A stretch of DNA of 64,000 bases from an uncultured delta proteobacterium (lineage in GTDB: Bacteria; Desulfobacterota; BSN033; UBA1163). The stretch covers positions 896,001-960,000 of the forward strand of contig CAVPSJ010000004.1 in NCBI GenBank assembly GCA_963708295.1, read 5' to 3'. How positions within the stretch are numbered: position 1 is the stretch's first letter; the number at the start of each line of letters is the position of its first letter. The notes beneath the pieces were generated by a model. The model had not been told where the DNA came from. It saw only the letters and a program-made list of their open reading frames with translations, and searched no databases. The translations under genes were made by a program, and so were the position numbers. Shown here piece by piece: positions 1-10,489 of this stretch.

Positions 1-619
1 GCATGGATCTCAAAGTCTCTTTTGCCCGGCTTGAGCACTTTCCTCACATGCTCGAAGGCTGCATCCTGAAGTGCCGCCGTCTTCTTGATCAGCTCAATCT
101 CTTCCGGGCTCTTGATCACCTTGACCTGATCAATCGCATCGGTCATGTCTACGAACTTATACCCGACCAGATGTTTCTTCAAATATTCATAGAACGTGAC
201 CGGAATGTAAGACTTTCCCACCAGTCCGATCGTTGCCCGTTTTTTCTCTTTTAAAACTCCGACCGCCAATTCCGCGTCATAGGTGCTGGTATAATGGACA
301 GAGGAAAAGTAAGCAGCGCTTAGTCTCTTCTTCACTCCCCGTACCGCCCACGCGGGAGGAGCCGGTTCACCCGGTGAAGGAGCTCCCACGGCGATGAGGG
401 TCATCTCGTCATCCGCGGGGAAAATGACTGTAAAGGGTAACTGTGCCGCGCCGAAAGGTCGCTGAACCACCTCACATATCCCCCGAGGTATTCTTCGTCC
501 TGCCTCATGAGGAGAAAATCGACCTTGTTTGCCCGCATCAATTCACGGGCGGCTTTCCATCTCCGTTCCAGTTCGAAGTCGGAAATGCATGTCGTCAGTC
601 TTTCTTTCGGATCTGCCAT
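1..619 (-). pseudogene. M24 family metallopeptidase (Xaa-Pro/creatinase-like), frameshifted, runs off the window start
   Basis: N-terminus MADPKERL..ELERRWKAARELM..DFLLM (ORF 401-685, ATG at 619). A later frame reads IKSPEEIELIKKTAALQD..KPG..FEI, a typical M24 linker. At least 2 frame breaks. Confidence 0.75.
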
Positions 620-944
620 TAGAATCTCTCCTTTTCTTTCTTCGCTTGAACCTGTGAAATGTGTTGAACATTGTGTTCTTAACAAAAGCAGGTACCGATG
701 TCAAGCACGTGGATGGCTGCATAGCTCAGACCATTTACACCCAAAGCCCAACTATTTCGTTCCTACCCAATAATGCGAACCTTAACAACTTCCATTTTTA
801 TTATTGTTTGAATTTGGCCAAGAAAGGAAGGGTGGTCTATAGTACTACAGAAATAAGTGTTATAATGAGCTGCAAAAGTTTAATTTTCAGTTCCACCAAG
901 AAAGATGAAAGGTTTTGTAATTTCTTGATGGAGAGATGCAAGGA

Positions 945-1055
945 ATGAATCCGGTTCAACTTAAGGGGAAAACAGCAATCATAACGGTGCCAGCCGGGGT
1001 ATCGTCCTTGCCGGTGCTGACATCGGAAATCTTTCTACCCTCGAAGAAGCCGTAA
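945..1055 (+). pseudogene. Short-chain dehydrogenase N-terminal remnant
   Basis: MNPVQLKGKTAIIT then, after a 1-nt shift, GASRGI (SDR Rossmann motif TGxxxGI). No recognisable continuation. Confidence 0.55.
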
Positions 1056-1076
1056 CGTTGATAGGCCCGGTAATAC

Positions 1077-1389
1077 ATGAAATCCCGCAAAAGGAAAGTA
1101 GGAATTGAAAAGAGGATCGGCGTGAAATATTGCGGGGGATGCAATCCCACGTACGACCGGATGCAAGTGGTCCGGAAGCTAAGGTCCTGTTTCGTGAATC
1201 GATTCTATTTCTTTCTGCCGAAATCGAAAAAATTTGAATGGGTTGCTTTTCGTCAATGGTTGTCACCGTTCCTGTGCGGTTGAAAACGGAGATCCAAACG
1301 ACTCGGCTTCTTTTTCGATTTCCGGAGAAAATGAATTGCCTTTGCTGATCCATTGGCTGACCACCCTTGAGGAGAACGAAAAGAATTAA
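1077..1389 (+). CDS. Small Cys-rich hypothetical protein (KYCGGCNP...VNGCxxxC), frameshifted near 1230-1245
   Basis: ORF 1077-1283 has IGVKYCGGCNPTYDR. A second frame continues LLFVNGCHRSCAV to TAA at 1387-1389. Confidence 0.6.
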
Positions 1390-1433
1390 TTCATTAGCCT
1401 CTTTCCGATCCGAGGACGACTAAGGAGACCTTC

Positions 1434-2878
1434 ATGAAGCCTATTATGACAAAAAAGGATTATATTCAGAGCCTCAAAGAACTCCATCACGCGGTCTATT
1501 ATAACGGGAAGCGCGTGGAGGATGTGACCGAGCACCCTGCCCTCCGGCCCCATATCAATGCGGCGGCCCTTACCTACGAGCTCGCTCTCCGCCCGGAACA
1601 TGAAGCGCTGATGACGGCGGTCTCTCATCTTTCGGGCAAAAAGATCAATCGGTTCACCCATATTCATCAAACCGTGGATGACTTGATCAAGAAAGTCCAG
1701 ATGCTCCGTCTCATTGCCCACGAGACAGGGCTCCTGTTTCCAGCGGTGCGTGGGACTTGACGCGTTAAACGCGGTCTATATGACCGCTTATGACATCGAT
1801 CAAAAATATAAGACAGACTATTTCGAGAAATTCAAGAAATATCTTCTTCATGTCCAGGAAAGCAATGTGATGGTGGTCGGCGGAATGACCGACCCGAAGG
1901 GTGACCGGTCCCTTTCTCCGTCCAAACAGGCAGACCCCGATCTTTTTACCCACGTGGTCCTGCGGCGGTCAGACGGCATTGTGATCCGCGGGGCAAAGGC
2001 CCATATGACCGGCGGCATCAATTCCCATGAGATTTTGCTCATGCCCACTCAAGCGATGAAAGAAGAAGAAAAAGACTACGCCTTGTCCTGCGCGGTGCCA
2101 TTGAACGCTCCTGGGGTGATCCTTATTTTCGGCCGTCAGACCAATGAAGAACGCAAATGCGAAGAGGGATTCGATGCCGGAAACACCCAATTCGGGTTGG
2201 TGGGAGGAGAGGCCCTCATCGTCTTTGAAGACGTCTTTGTTCCATGGGAGAACGTTTTTCTTTGCGGTGAATATGATATGGCCGGACTGCTGGTCGAGCG
2301 GTTTGCCACGCTGCACCGCCAGAACTACGGAGGCTGCAAGGGAGGGGTTTCGGACATCCTGGTCGGAGCAAGCGCCTTGGCCGCAGAGTACCAGGGAACG
2401 GCAGGGGCTTCTCACATCAAGGATAAATTGGCGGAAATGATGCACCTTGCCGAAACGCTCTACGCGGGGTCCGTGGCTTGCTCGGCCATGGGTTACTAGA
2501 ACCCCTTCCGGGGCCTATTATCCCGATCCGCTGCTGGCCAATACGACCAAATATAATGTCACGCGCCATATCTACGAAATTGCTCGGTTGGCCCATGATA
2601 TTGCAGGCGGGATCGTCGCCACCATGCCCTTCCATGGAGACATGGAAAGCAGCGAGGTGGGCCGCTACGTGAAGAAATATCTGGCCGGGGCTCAAGGGGT
2701 CCCGGTGGAGTCGCGGATGAAGATTCTCAGGCTCATTGAAAACATGAGCGGTGGCACTGCGCTGGTTGAATCCATGCACGGCGCAGGATCTCCTCAGGCC
2801 CAGAAGGTGATGTACGGACGGTTGGGAAATCTCGAACAGAAAAAACGCTGGGCTAAACGTCTGGTTCAAATCGATTAA
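1434..2878 (+). CDS. abfD: 4-hydroxybutyryl-CoA dehydratase/vinylacetyl-CoA isomerase (AbfD)-like protein, split by two frameshifts (~1730, ~2495)
   Basis: Three overlapping ORFs (1434-1760, 1714-2499, 2447-2878) join into one protein. Fe-S motifs CFQRCVG and HRQNYGGCK, plus MTDPKGDRS, GAKAH and ESMHGAGSPQAQK. Confidence 0.85.
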
Positions 2879-2972
2879 ATCGAAAAAGGAGAGAAGAGAG
2901 GTGAGCCGGAATTCCATCCCGGACAGTCCCCTTTCTTCAACCGTTCTGGACAAAGGGAGGGCAGGTTGAAAC

Positions 2973-4242
2973 ATGGTTAAGAAAGGGAGGAAAATCGGAA
3001 AGGGAGATAAAGGGATTCGCATCCCTGAACTTCTCTGGTATGGCAATACGGAGACGACTTTACATTTCCCCTCTTCATGGTCCGTTTCTTTCTGCCCGAT
3101 GCAAGGAGAAAAGAAGAAACGACTGACGCCGGTGGGGTTCAAAAAAGCTTTCCGGCAACCCATCGGAACGAAGCCGATAAAAGATCTGGCCAGGGGGAAG
3201 CGGGAAATCGTCATCCTCTTCGATGATATCACCCGGCCCACGCCTGTTTATGAGATCGTTCCCTTCGTGCTCGAAGAATTGGAAGAAGCGGGAATCTCCG
3301 ACCGGCAGATCCGGTTCGTCGTCGCTTTGGGAGCTCATGGAGCGCATACAGCCAATGATTTTCGCAAGAAGCTCGGAGAGGATGTCCTCGACCGGTTTCC
3401 CGTTTACAACCACAATAGCTTCGATTATTGCTCCCACCTGGGTAAAACCAGCTATGGAACTCCGGTCTCCGTCAACAAAGAAGTGATGGCGTGCGATCTC
3501 AAGATTGGAATCGGAGGCTTGGTGCCCCATCCCCTTTCTGGATTCGGGGGAGGAGGGAAGATTATTCTTCCGGGCGTTGCCCACATCGATTCCATTACCT
3601 ATAACCATGGAACGCTCGTTCAAAATCACCCGGAATGCGTAGGCCTCGGAAAGATGGAAGGCAACATTCCCCGCCTCGACATCGAGGAAGCCGCGAGGAT
3701 GGCCGGACTGGATTTAAAGATCGATGCGGTGACAAACCTCCGCGGAGAGATTATCGGCCTCTTTGTCGGAGACCCGATCTTAGAACATCGCGAAGGGAGT
3801 TTGTTTGCTGGCAAAGTTTATGCGACCGTTCCAGCCAAAGGCATGGAGATCGTCGTGGTCAACGCCTATTCCAAAGCGAGTGAATGTGCCATTGCCTCTT
3901 TTATGGGTGTCGGCTTCGTTAAGGGAAGAGGGCGGCGACCTGCTGGTAATTGCCAATGAGCCCGGAGGACAGGCGCTTCACTACCTCTTCGGGAAATTCG
4001 GAAATGGCGACTCAGGGAAGATCAAAATACCCGAACAGTTTTCGAAAAAAGTCCAGCGGCTCATTATCGTCTCACCGGTGGTCGATCATGTCGGAGCCCA
4101 TTTTTTTAAGACGGCTTCTTCGATTATCTGGGTCAAAAACTGGGAAGAGGCATTAGCTCTCCTGACGACCAAGTGGGGGAAAAAGGCGAAGGTCGCAGTT
4201 TATCCAGATGGCACGGTTCAATACTTTCCGTCCCTCATATAA
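2973..4242 (+). CDS. Nickel-pincer lactate racemase (LarA) family alpha-hydroxyacid racemase/epimerase, frameshift near 3905-3925
   Basis: DDITRPTP, ALGAH, VPHPLSGFGGGGKIILPGVA and NH motifs. C-terminal domain in ORF 3805-4242 ends KVAVYPDG. Confidence 0.85.
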
Positions 4243-4404
4243 AATTCTGAAAATAGATCTTTAAAATCGCCGATTGTTTCAAGATTTTTCAGCGGGACCG
4301 TGAAGAAGGAATTCTTCTATACGTTTCTTGTAACCGAAAATAGATAGAGAGAGAATAGGTCGAGGGACTTACTGATTTCTGGCTTCCCCTTCGCATCAAA
4401 GGAC

Positions 4405-5308
4405 TTAATCTTTTGTTACCTTCCTAGGTGGGAGAGTCACAGGAGGGTATGACTTATACATTTCGAGCTTTTGATTCAGCTCCTCCTTTCTTTCTTCGTA
4501 CATCCTATGACCCCGCTGTACCTCGCTAAGGTGCTTTGTCATCATGACCGGCGACCAACGGTCATGTCTTGATCCCTTCCTCATCAAAGACAACCTTAAC
4601 TTCACTCCCGGTTAGTTCTATTCTTCCTTGAATGCCGCACAGGGGACACTCCGCGGAATTTTCCCTCACAACGAGTAAGTTCTGGTGGCATAAGGGGCAG
4701 GTCCGAGCATCTGAGGCACCTACGTACTCCACTTCATTAGGGGGACGCTTGATCGCCTCCGCGATGTTGGAACCCAACCTCCTAACTCTTTTCATGGCCT
4801 CCTCGTTCAACAGAATTTGACCAGGTCTTGGGATATAGGTAACCACCATCTGGTCAACCAGTTTGAAGTCATGAGGCAGAAAGATTGCCATCAGAGGCAA
4901 TGCCAGGCTGATCCAATCTGTTCCACCGACCATGATATGGGCGCTATAATGAGGTTTCTGACGAAATCTCGTCCCGACGATCGCCATCCTATTTCCAATC
5001 ATGGTCAGGAAGCCGGGGGGCATCAGATGGAAGATCGGTGCACCCACTATGGCGCCGTCGCATTCGAGTAGTTTCTCGACGAAAAAAGGCATATCATCGT
5101 TTTCGATGATACACTTCGCACTCATCCCACCCTCTTTTAGTTCTCTTATCCGGCACGATTCACATCCGCTGCAAGGCTTAATGTTCAGATCATGCATGCG
5201 GATGATCTCAACTTCGGCCCCCAGTTCCTCGGCCCCCATGAGGGCTTCTTTGACCATAATTTCGGAATTTCCCAGCTTCCGACCACAACTAATCCCAAGC
5301 ACTTTCAC
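4405..5308 (-). CDS. Flavodoxin-fold NAD(P)H-dependent FMN reductase family protein with C-terminal Cys4 domain; flavone/flavonol reductase (FLR)-like. Frameshift near 4570.
   Basis: MKVLGISCGRKLGNSE..EALMGA..GAEVE, CxGCxxC, VGGTDW, CPLCH..CPLCG. The C-terminal tail lies in ORF 4405-4605. Confidence 0.75.
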
Positions 5309-5399
5309 AGCAGCGACCTCCTTCTTTATCCTTCACCTCTGGTTTACTATGGAGAGAATCTGTTCCGGCAATTTTCAGGTGATGTTTCGCCCATGCCGC

Positions 5400-6176
5400 T
5401 CACACGGCAGTGATATATCCATGGTAGTCCGTCAGGAAATCGTTGGTCGGACGCTCCAGAATAAACGTACTTACAAAATCCGAGTAGGGCTCCAGAAAGG
5501 GATATCTCTGATGCTTCGCCCAGGGCGGCTCCGTGTAAGCAGGCGGTGAATCGATGACCGATTTGCGCCAGCCGTCAAAGTTCTCGTACCACTGCTCGGT
5601 CAGTCGGTGCCAGGGAAAGAGGGACTCGACCGTACGGTGGCTATAATAACGTGTGAGGCCAGGCTGCTGAATGACTTCCTTTGAATGTACATTGAGAAAC
5701 CAATCCTCCCCTTCGTCCACCGGAACACCTTGTGGGTACTTGAAGGCGATAAGCCATCGAAGAATGGTTTTGTCGTTCAGCCTCAGTTCAGAGCCCAAGA
5801 AGTCTTCTGTGGGCCGGACTGGAATGATGCAGATGGCAGGAGGGTGTGGTCCTTCCGGTCGTCCGTCCCACTCCGTGGTGTAGGGTGGTTTACCTTCCTG
5901 CCCAACAATCCTGTCGTATCCAGGAGGGAAAGTGGCCTTCAGCGTTCCACCGAGCGGCAACGATTCACGCATCCAGAGCTCAGTGACTCGCCAGTTATAG
6001 TATCCGTACGGGATAGCTTCCGGAGGTGCGGGGACGACCCGGTAGCTCAAGTAACGCGACAGAAATGGGGCGATACGGCCCAGGTTCTCCGCAATGTGGT
6101 CCCGGAGCAACCAGCGCTCCATCAGTGGCAATTCATTCATACTGGTAATATTAAGAATCAGGACACGCTTATTCAC
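5400..6176 (-). CDS. Bacterial chalcone isomerase (Eubacterium ramulus CHI-like) family protein
   Basis: ERWLLRDHIAE (His at the position of CHI catalytic His33), FKYPQGVPVDEGEDWF, EQWYENFDGW and PPWAKHQRYPFLEPY..YHGYIT parallel the E. ramulus CHI sequence as recalled. Confidence 0.75.
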   Translation of the reverse strand: MNKRVLILNITSMNELPLMERWLLRDHIAENLGRIAPFLSRYLSYRVVPAPPEAIPYGYYNWRVTELWMRESLPLGGTLKATFPPGYDRIVGQEGKPPYTTEWDGRPEGPHPPAICIIPVRPTEDFLGSELRLNDKTILRWLIAFKYPQGVPVDEGEDWFLNVHSKEVIQQPGLTRYYSHRTVESLFPWHRLTEQWYENFDGWRKSVIDSPPAYTEPPWAKHQRYPFLEPYSDFVSTFILERPTNDFLTDYHGYITAV

Positions 6177-6295
6177 GGCTCCTCCCTAAATTCCCGACCC
6201 AAATTAAGAGCATCGCAGATTTTCTAATTAACCAATGCGAGCACAGAAATAAGACTCGCCTAGTAAGGAAACTGGCAATTCAAGACTTCGTATCC

Positions 6296-6890
6296 TTATT
6301 TGATATACTCCAGCGTCTTGGAATCATACTTCAAGCAACAGGGCACGTTCAATTTGGGATTCTTAATGACCTGATAGAGTTGATACAACTGCGGCAAGAA
6401 TCTGGGGAACCCCAGGGACTCCCGTTTATTATGATTGCTCAAAGCTTCCCGGGCTCCTTCAGTCCATCCCTTCTCCAACATATACGTGGAACGCATCCTG
6501 GTGCCGGTGGGCGACTCTTCGTACTCGTGCATGGTGTAGGAGATGGGCTCGCCGCCGACGGCAGGAGCATCCGGGGCAAGGCGGCCGATGACTACTGCGT
6601 GGCGAATAGATCAGGGGGATGGGGCAAGCTTTAGGAGATTCGAAGCGCATTCGCAATGTTTTTTCCGGCATCGGCGGCTCAACCTCCCGCACAATGTGAA
6701 TGGCTCCTACGTGTCCGTTCTGGGTTGGCGGGATTTCCCAGACGAAAGAAACATGTTCATCCGGGGCCCAGAGGTAATAGGCCTTTTCCATGTTGTCCCA
6801 GAACCAGTCAATCATTTCTGGAGTCACGCCCGGAATCTCATGATAATTCACAAGCGGGTCATACTCCTTTTTAGTCTCCGTTTCTTTCAT
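6296..6890 (-). CDS. DAPG hydrolase (PhlG)/phloretin hydrolase (Phy) family C-C hydrolase, frameshift near 6605
   Basis: PGVTPEMIDWFW, YYLWAPDEH, GTRMRS and C-terminal HNKRES..FLPQLY (HxxxE metal motif). SD AAGGAGGG upstream of ATG at 6890. Confidence 0.75.
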
Positions 6891-7006
6891 CGATCTTCCC
6901 TCCTTGAACTGCCCCATTTGCGTAGCCCCTGGTGGAACGAGACCAGTCGAGCAAATGCTAACTTTTTTTATTATCATTCGTTCCCGGACGGATGCCCCTT
7001 CGCGCT

Positions 7007-8248
7007 CTACGGTTTAGAGAGAGAAAAATCGCGAGAATAGACAGGCTGTTTCAAGAATTCCTCCGGTTTGTACTTCCAGAACTGAGAAACATTGGGATAT
7101 GTATAGATCACCGTATTCTGAAGATTTCCGCCTATCCTCTCCACCTTCCGAATATAAATGTTCTGAACCGGATTCAAATAAGGGTCCAGTTTCATGGGAC
7201 CGCGGGGAATGTCCCGAGGCTCCACTTTTTTCAAAGCCTCCAGAAGCTTCCCTTTGTTTTCAACATCTCCATTAATGGCCTTAATTGCCTCCACAGTCCA
7301 CCTTCCTCCTGTGTAGGTTCCTTCCGAGTAACAGGAAGCAGGCTTCTTTGCTTTTTCACGATAAGCCTTCACAAATTTTTTGTTGGCCAGGTTTTCAAGA
7401 GCTTCACTGTAATGGAGGGCTGTGATAATGCCCAACGCTTCGTCGCCCATGGAAGGAAGTGCATGTTCGTCCGTTATAAGCATACCAATGACAGGGATTC
7501 TTGCCTTAAGGCCATAATCCTGATATTGCTTAACGAACTGCATCCCTGAACGACCGGAAACCATGGCCAATACCGCATCGGCATCTTTTGAGAACTGCGG
7601 GAAATAAGGACTAAAATCCGTGATGGTTACAGGAACCCATAATTTTTTATTGATCTTTCCTCCCAGCTCTTCGAACGTTCTTTGAAAACCTCCCACGCTT
7701 TCCCAACCAAATGAGAAATCCAATCCTATGACGTCAATATTCCTGTACTTTAGGACTTTGTAAGCGTATTCTCCGAAAGGATGACAGGGTTGACTGGAAG
7801 CGTAGCCTGTTCGTACAATCCATTTTGCACGTTTTCTCTGCGTAAGATCATCCCCACTGACGATGGGATAAGTCGTAGGAATCTCCTTCGAATCAAGGTA
7901 AGGCGCGAGTGCATAACCGCAGGCTGATGATAAGACTCCGGTCAAAACATGGACGCCATCCTTCTCCACTAACTTTCTTACCTTTGTCATAGCTGTTGTG
8001 GGAAGCGCCTCGTCGTCCTCGGTGATCAGTTCTATTTTTCGGCCAGCCACTTGGTATCCGATTTCTTCAAGATAGAGCTCGAGTCCTAATAACATGTCCT
8101 TTCCATTTGCGGCTGCAGGCCCTGAAAGAGCCGTGATGAAGCCAATCTTAATCGGACCCTTCCCTTGGGCTTGCGATGCAGAAGACCCAAACAGGACTAG
8201 ACTAAAGGCCGCAACGATCCAAATTGCCACACACAATCTTTTTTTCAT
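7007..8248 (-). CDS. ABC transporter periplasmic binding protein (LivK/aromatic-acid-binding type)
   Basis: Signal peptide, IKIGFITALSGPAA..G, EDDE, RGPMKLD. Confidence 0.9.
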   Translation of the reverse strand: MKKRLCVAIWIVAAFSLVLFGSSASQAQGKGPIKIGFITALSGPAAANGKDMLLGLELYLEEIGYQVAGRKIELITEDDEALPTTAMTKVRKLVEKDGVHVLTGVLSSACGYALAPYLDSKEIPTTYPIVSGDDLTQRKRAKWIVRTGYASSQPCHPFGEYAYKVLKYRNIDVIGLDFSFGWESVGGFQRTFEELGGKINKKLWVPVTITDFSPYFPQFSKDADAVLAMVSGRSGMQFVKQYQDYGLKARIPVIGMLITDEHALPSMGDEALGIITALHYSEALENLANKKFVKAYREKAKKPASCYSEGTYTGGRWTVEAIKAINGDVENKGKLLEALKKVEPRDIPRGPMKLDPYLNPVQNIYIRKVERIGGNLQNTVIYTYPNVSQFWKYKPEEFLKQPVYSRDFSLSKP

Positions 8249-8385
8249 CGCTCGCTCCTCCTTTTTATCAAAAGACTATCCTTGAGGTTATAGGTATTTT
8301 TTACTGTGGATTCCGAAATTTTCTGTGCCTTTGTGTTAGAGCGAGGGACCAATCATCTTCGACCTAAACCATTTGTGTTGAGCTT

Positions 8386-9348
8386 TCACACTAGTTCCGT
8401 GTTTTTGATGGCAGCCTCTATCGCCTGCTTCTCCTGGCTGGTCAACTCCTGCATCGGCATACGAACGCGGCCATCCCCTCCTGCCATCCCCAAGAACTGC
8501 GTCCAGTATTTGAAAGTAGCCTGCTTCTTACCGGCGGGAGTCACCTTCGCTAATGCCTTTCGAATGGGGGCGAGCCTCCTGTAGGCTTCCCAGGCTTTGG
8601 CAATCTCTCCCCTGGTCGCTGCTTCGGTGTATTCCTTCATCAGCTTCAGTTTCTTACTTTGCATGACGAAGGGCATCGGATTGGCGATCAAAGCTGGCTG
8701 ACCATTCACGCTTAGATTGATCAACCAGTTGTCCTCTGTATCGGCGTCGCTGATGATGAAGTTATCACTGCAAAGAGCTCTTGCCAATGAGATGTCGGGG
8801 GCCGGGGCAATGTCCTTGACCGCAACAATGGTTTCAATCTCGGCGAGCCTGTTGATGAGCTTGGGACTCATCAAATAACCATGGGCCACCTGGTTGAAAA
8901 GCGCAATGGCGATATTCACCCTATCTGCAATGTACTTGAAGTACTGAAAAACACCCTCTTCAGTCATGGCACCGAAGTAGAACAAAGGGTTGATGATGAT
9001 AGCAAACTCCGCGCCGATGCTTTCGGCATATTTTGTCAGCTCCAGGGTATTCTCCACAGAAGGGTCCGAGGTATAGGGCATGATGACCATGTCCCCCTTG
9101 GTCTCTTCCATAGCTATATCCATGATCCTCTTTCGCTCGGCTATCGTCTGATTGAAGGCCTCACCCATGAGACCGTTAAGAAACATTCCCTCCATATTTA
9201 ACTCGTCGATGCAGTGGCGAAGGTTGCGCCTGAAGCCTGATTCATCAATCTTATAGTCCGGAGTAAAGGGCGTTAGTGTGGCACCCCAGAGACCCTTCAT
9301 ACGCTTCCGTGCATACTCTTTCGCTTCCGATTTGCGATATTTCATCAT
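8386..9348 (-). CDS. Dihydrodipicolinate synthase/N-acetylneuraminate lyase family aldolase
   Basis: TPF, NGLMGE, IVAVKD (Schiff-base Lys), VRMP. Confidence 0.85.
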   Translation of the reverse strand: MMKYRKSEAKEYARKRMKGLWGATLTPFTPDYKIDESGFRRNLRHCIDELNMEGMFLNGLMGEAFNQTIAERKRIMDIAMEETKGDMVIMPYTSDPSVENTLELTKYAESIGAEFAIIINPLFYFGAMTEEGVFQYFKYIADRVNIAIALFNQVAHGYLMSPKLINRLAEIETIVAVKDIAPAPDISLARALCSDNFIISDADTEDNWLINLSVNGQPALIANPMPFVMQSKKLKLMKEYTEAATRGEIAKAWEAYRRLAPIRKALAKVTPAGKKQATFKYWTQFLGMAGGDGRVRMPMQELTSQEKQAIEAAIKNTELV

Positions 9349-9456
9349 TAAGATTCATCCTCCTCTTCTTGCTACGTTTGCAAATGGACTCGGCCCGGGG
9401 CAAGGAAGAAACAACCTCCCTGCGCCCGGGCATCAGGATCATTCCGTCATCGATCT

Positions 9457-10425
9457 TTATTCGTAATCCCTAACGACTTTGACCGACGTCTTTTTCAATC
9501 CTTCGTACAGTTTCCTTCTGACTTCCGGCAGCAGCGGCAGCCGATGCTTCACCGTTGCTCTCGGAATCAGCCCCATCCAATAACAAACCTCTTTATACTT
9601 TGTGATCAGGTCAACCATGGGTCTGACATAAATGACCTCTTCCAGCGGACGGATGCGGTTGAAGTGAATCTTCCGCGCCTCGGACAGATCCCCCTTCTGA
9701 ACTGCATTCCACAAATCGATTAGGCCATGAGGATCCATGCACGCGTATCCTGAGAAAACCCCGTCACATCCCCATAAAAAGGTCATCATCGATGTTGTAC
9801 CCGGAAAGAGAGAGATATTCTCACGGCCCACCGCCCTGAGGGCCTGCATATCCGCCTCCAGCTTGAGCCACCGCGTATCCCATCCGTTCGCCAGTTTGAC
9901 CGCCACGAGATTGTCGATCTCCCTGAAGAGCTTTGCAAAAGCCTCCGTAGGATATTCACATGCCCCTTGATGATCGTAAGACTGGTGCATGACCACCGGG
10001 ATGTTCACCGCCCTGGCAATGGCTTTATGATACTCGACCCCATATCTCGGATCTTCCATCGTATTGAGCAGATAGTAAGCAGGGGCAAGAATCATGACCG
10101 TATCCACGCCTGCCTTCTCCAGCGCCCTGGCCTCTTCAACGCCTTCGTCGATCGTGTGTTTGTGGATCCCGGTGCAGATCGGAATTTTCCCCTGTATTTC
10201 CTCGCGGGCGATCTGAATCACTTTGATCCTTTCTTCTCTGGTCAGGCATTCTCCTTCTCCCGTATGGCCGTTTACGCCGATACCGGCGACTCCTGCCTTC
10301 ACCAGGAAGCGAAAAAGAGACCGCATGGCATCATAATCCACTTTCATATCCTCTGTAAAAACCGTGATGGGATACACATTCACCCCTGTCCATTTGCCCT
10401 TCCATTGAAACTTCTTAATTTCCAT
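9457..10425 (-). CDS. Dihydrodipicolinate synthase family aldolase (second paralog)
   Basis: NGHTGE..LTREER, LVAVKL (Schiff-base Lys), GCDG, PLLP. Confidence 0.85.
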   Translation of the reverse strand: MEIKKFQWKGKWTGVNVYPITVFTEDMKVDYDAMRSLFRFLVKAGVAGIGVNGHTGEGECLTREERIKVIQIAREEIQGKIPICTGIHKHTIDEGVEEARALEKAGVDTVMILAPAYYLLNTMEDPRYGVEYHKAIARAVNIPVVMHQSYDHQGACEYPTEAFAKLFREIDNLVAVKLANGWDTRWLKLEADMQALRAVGRENISLFPGTTSMMTFLWGCDGVFSGYACMDPHGLIDLWNAVQKGDLSEARKIHFNRIRPLEEVIYVRPMVDLITKYKEVCYWMGLIPRATVKHRLPLLPEVRRKLYEGLKKTSVKVVRDYE

Positions 10426-10489
10426 TCTTGCTGCTCCTTTCTCTTTTGTGTTTTGTCTGTCTGATCTTTTCTGCAGTCAAAAAAAGTCC

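Noticed and set aside
1434-2878. 4-hydroxyphenylacetate 3-monooxygenase (HpaB)
   Set aside because: The Fe-S ligand motifs CFQRC and H..YGGCK indicate the AbfD branch, and the context is anaerobic.
8386-10425. Lysine-biosynthesis dapA
   Set aside because: Both lack the canonical GTTGE and YNVP motifs and sit in a catabolic context.
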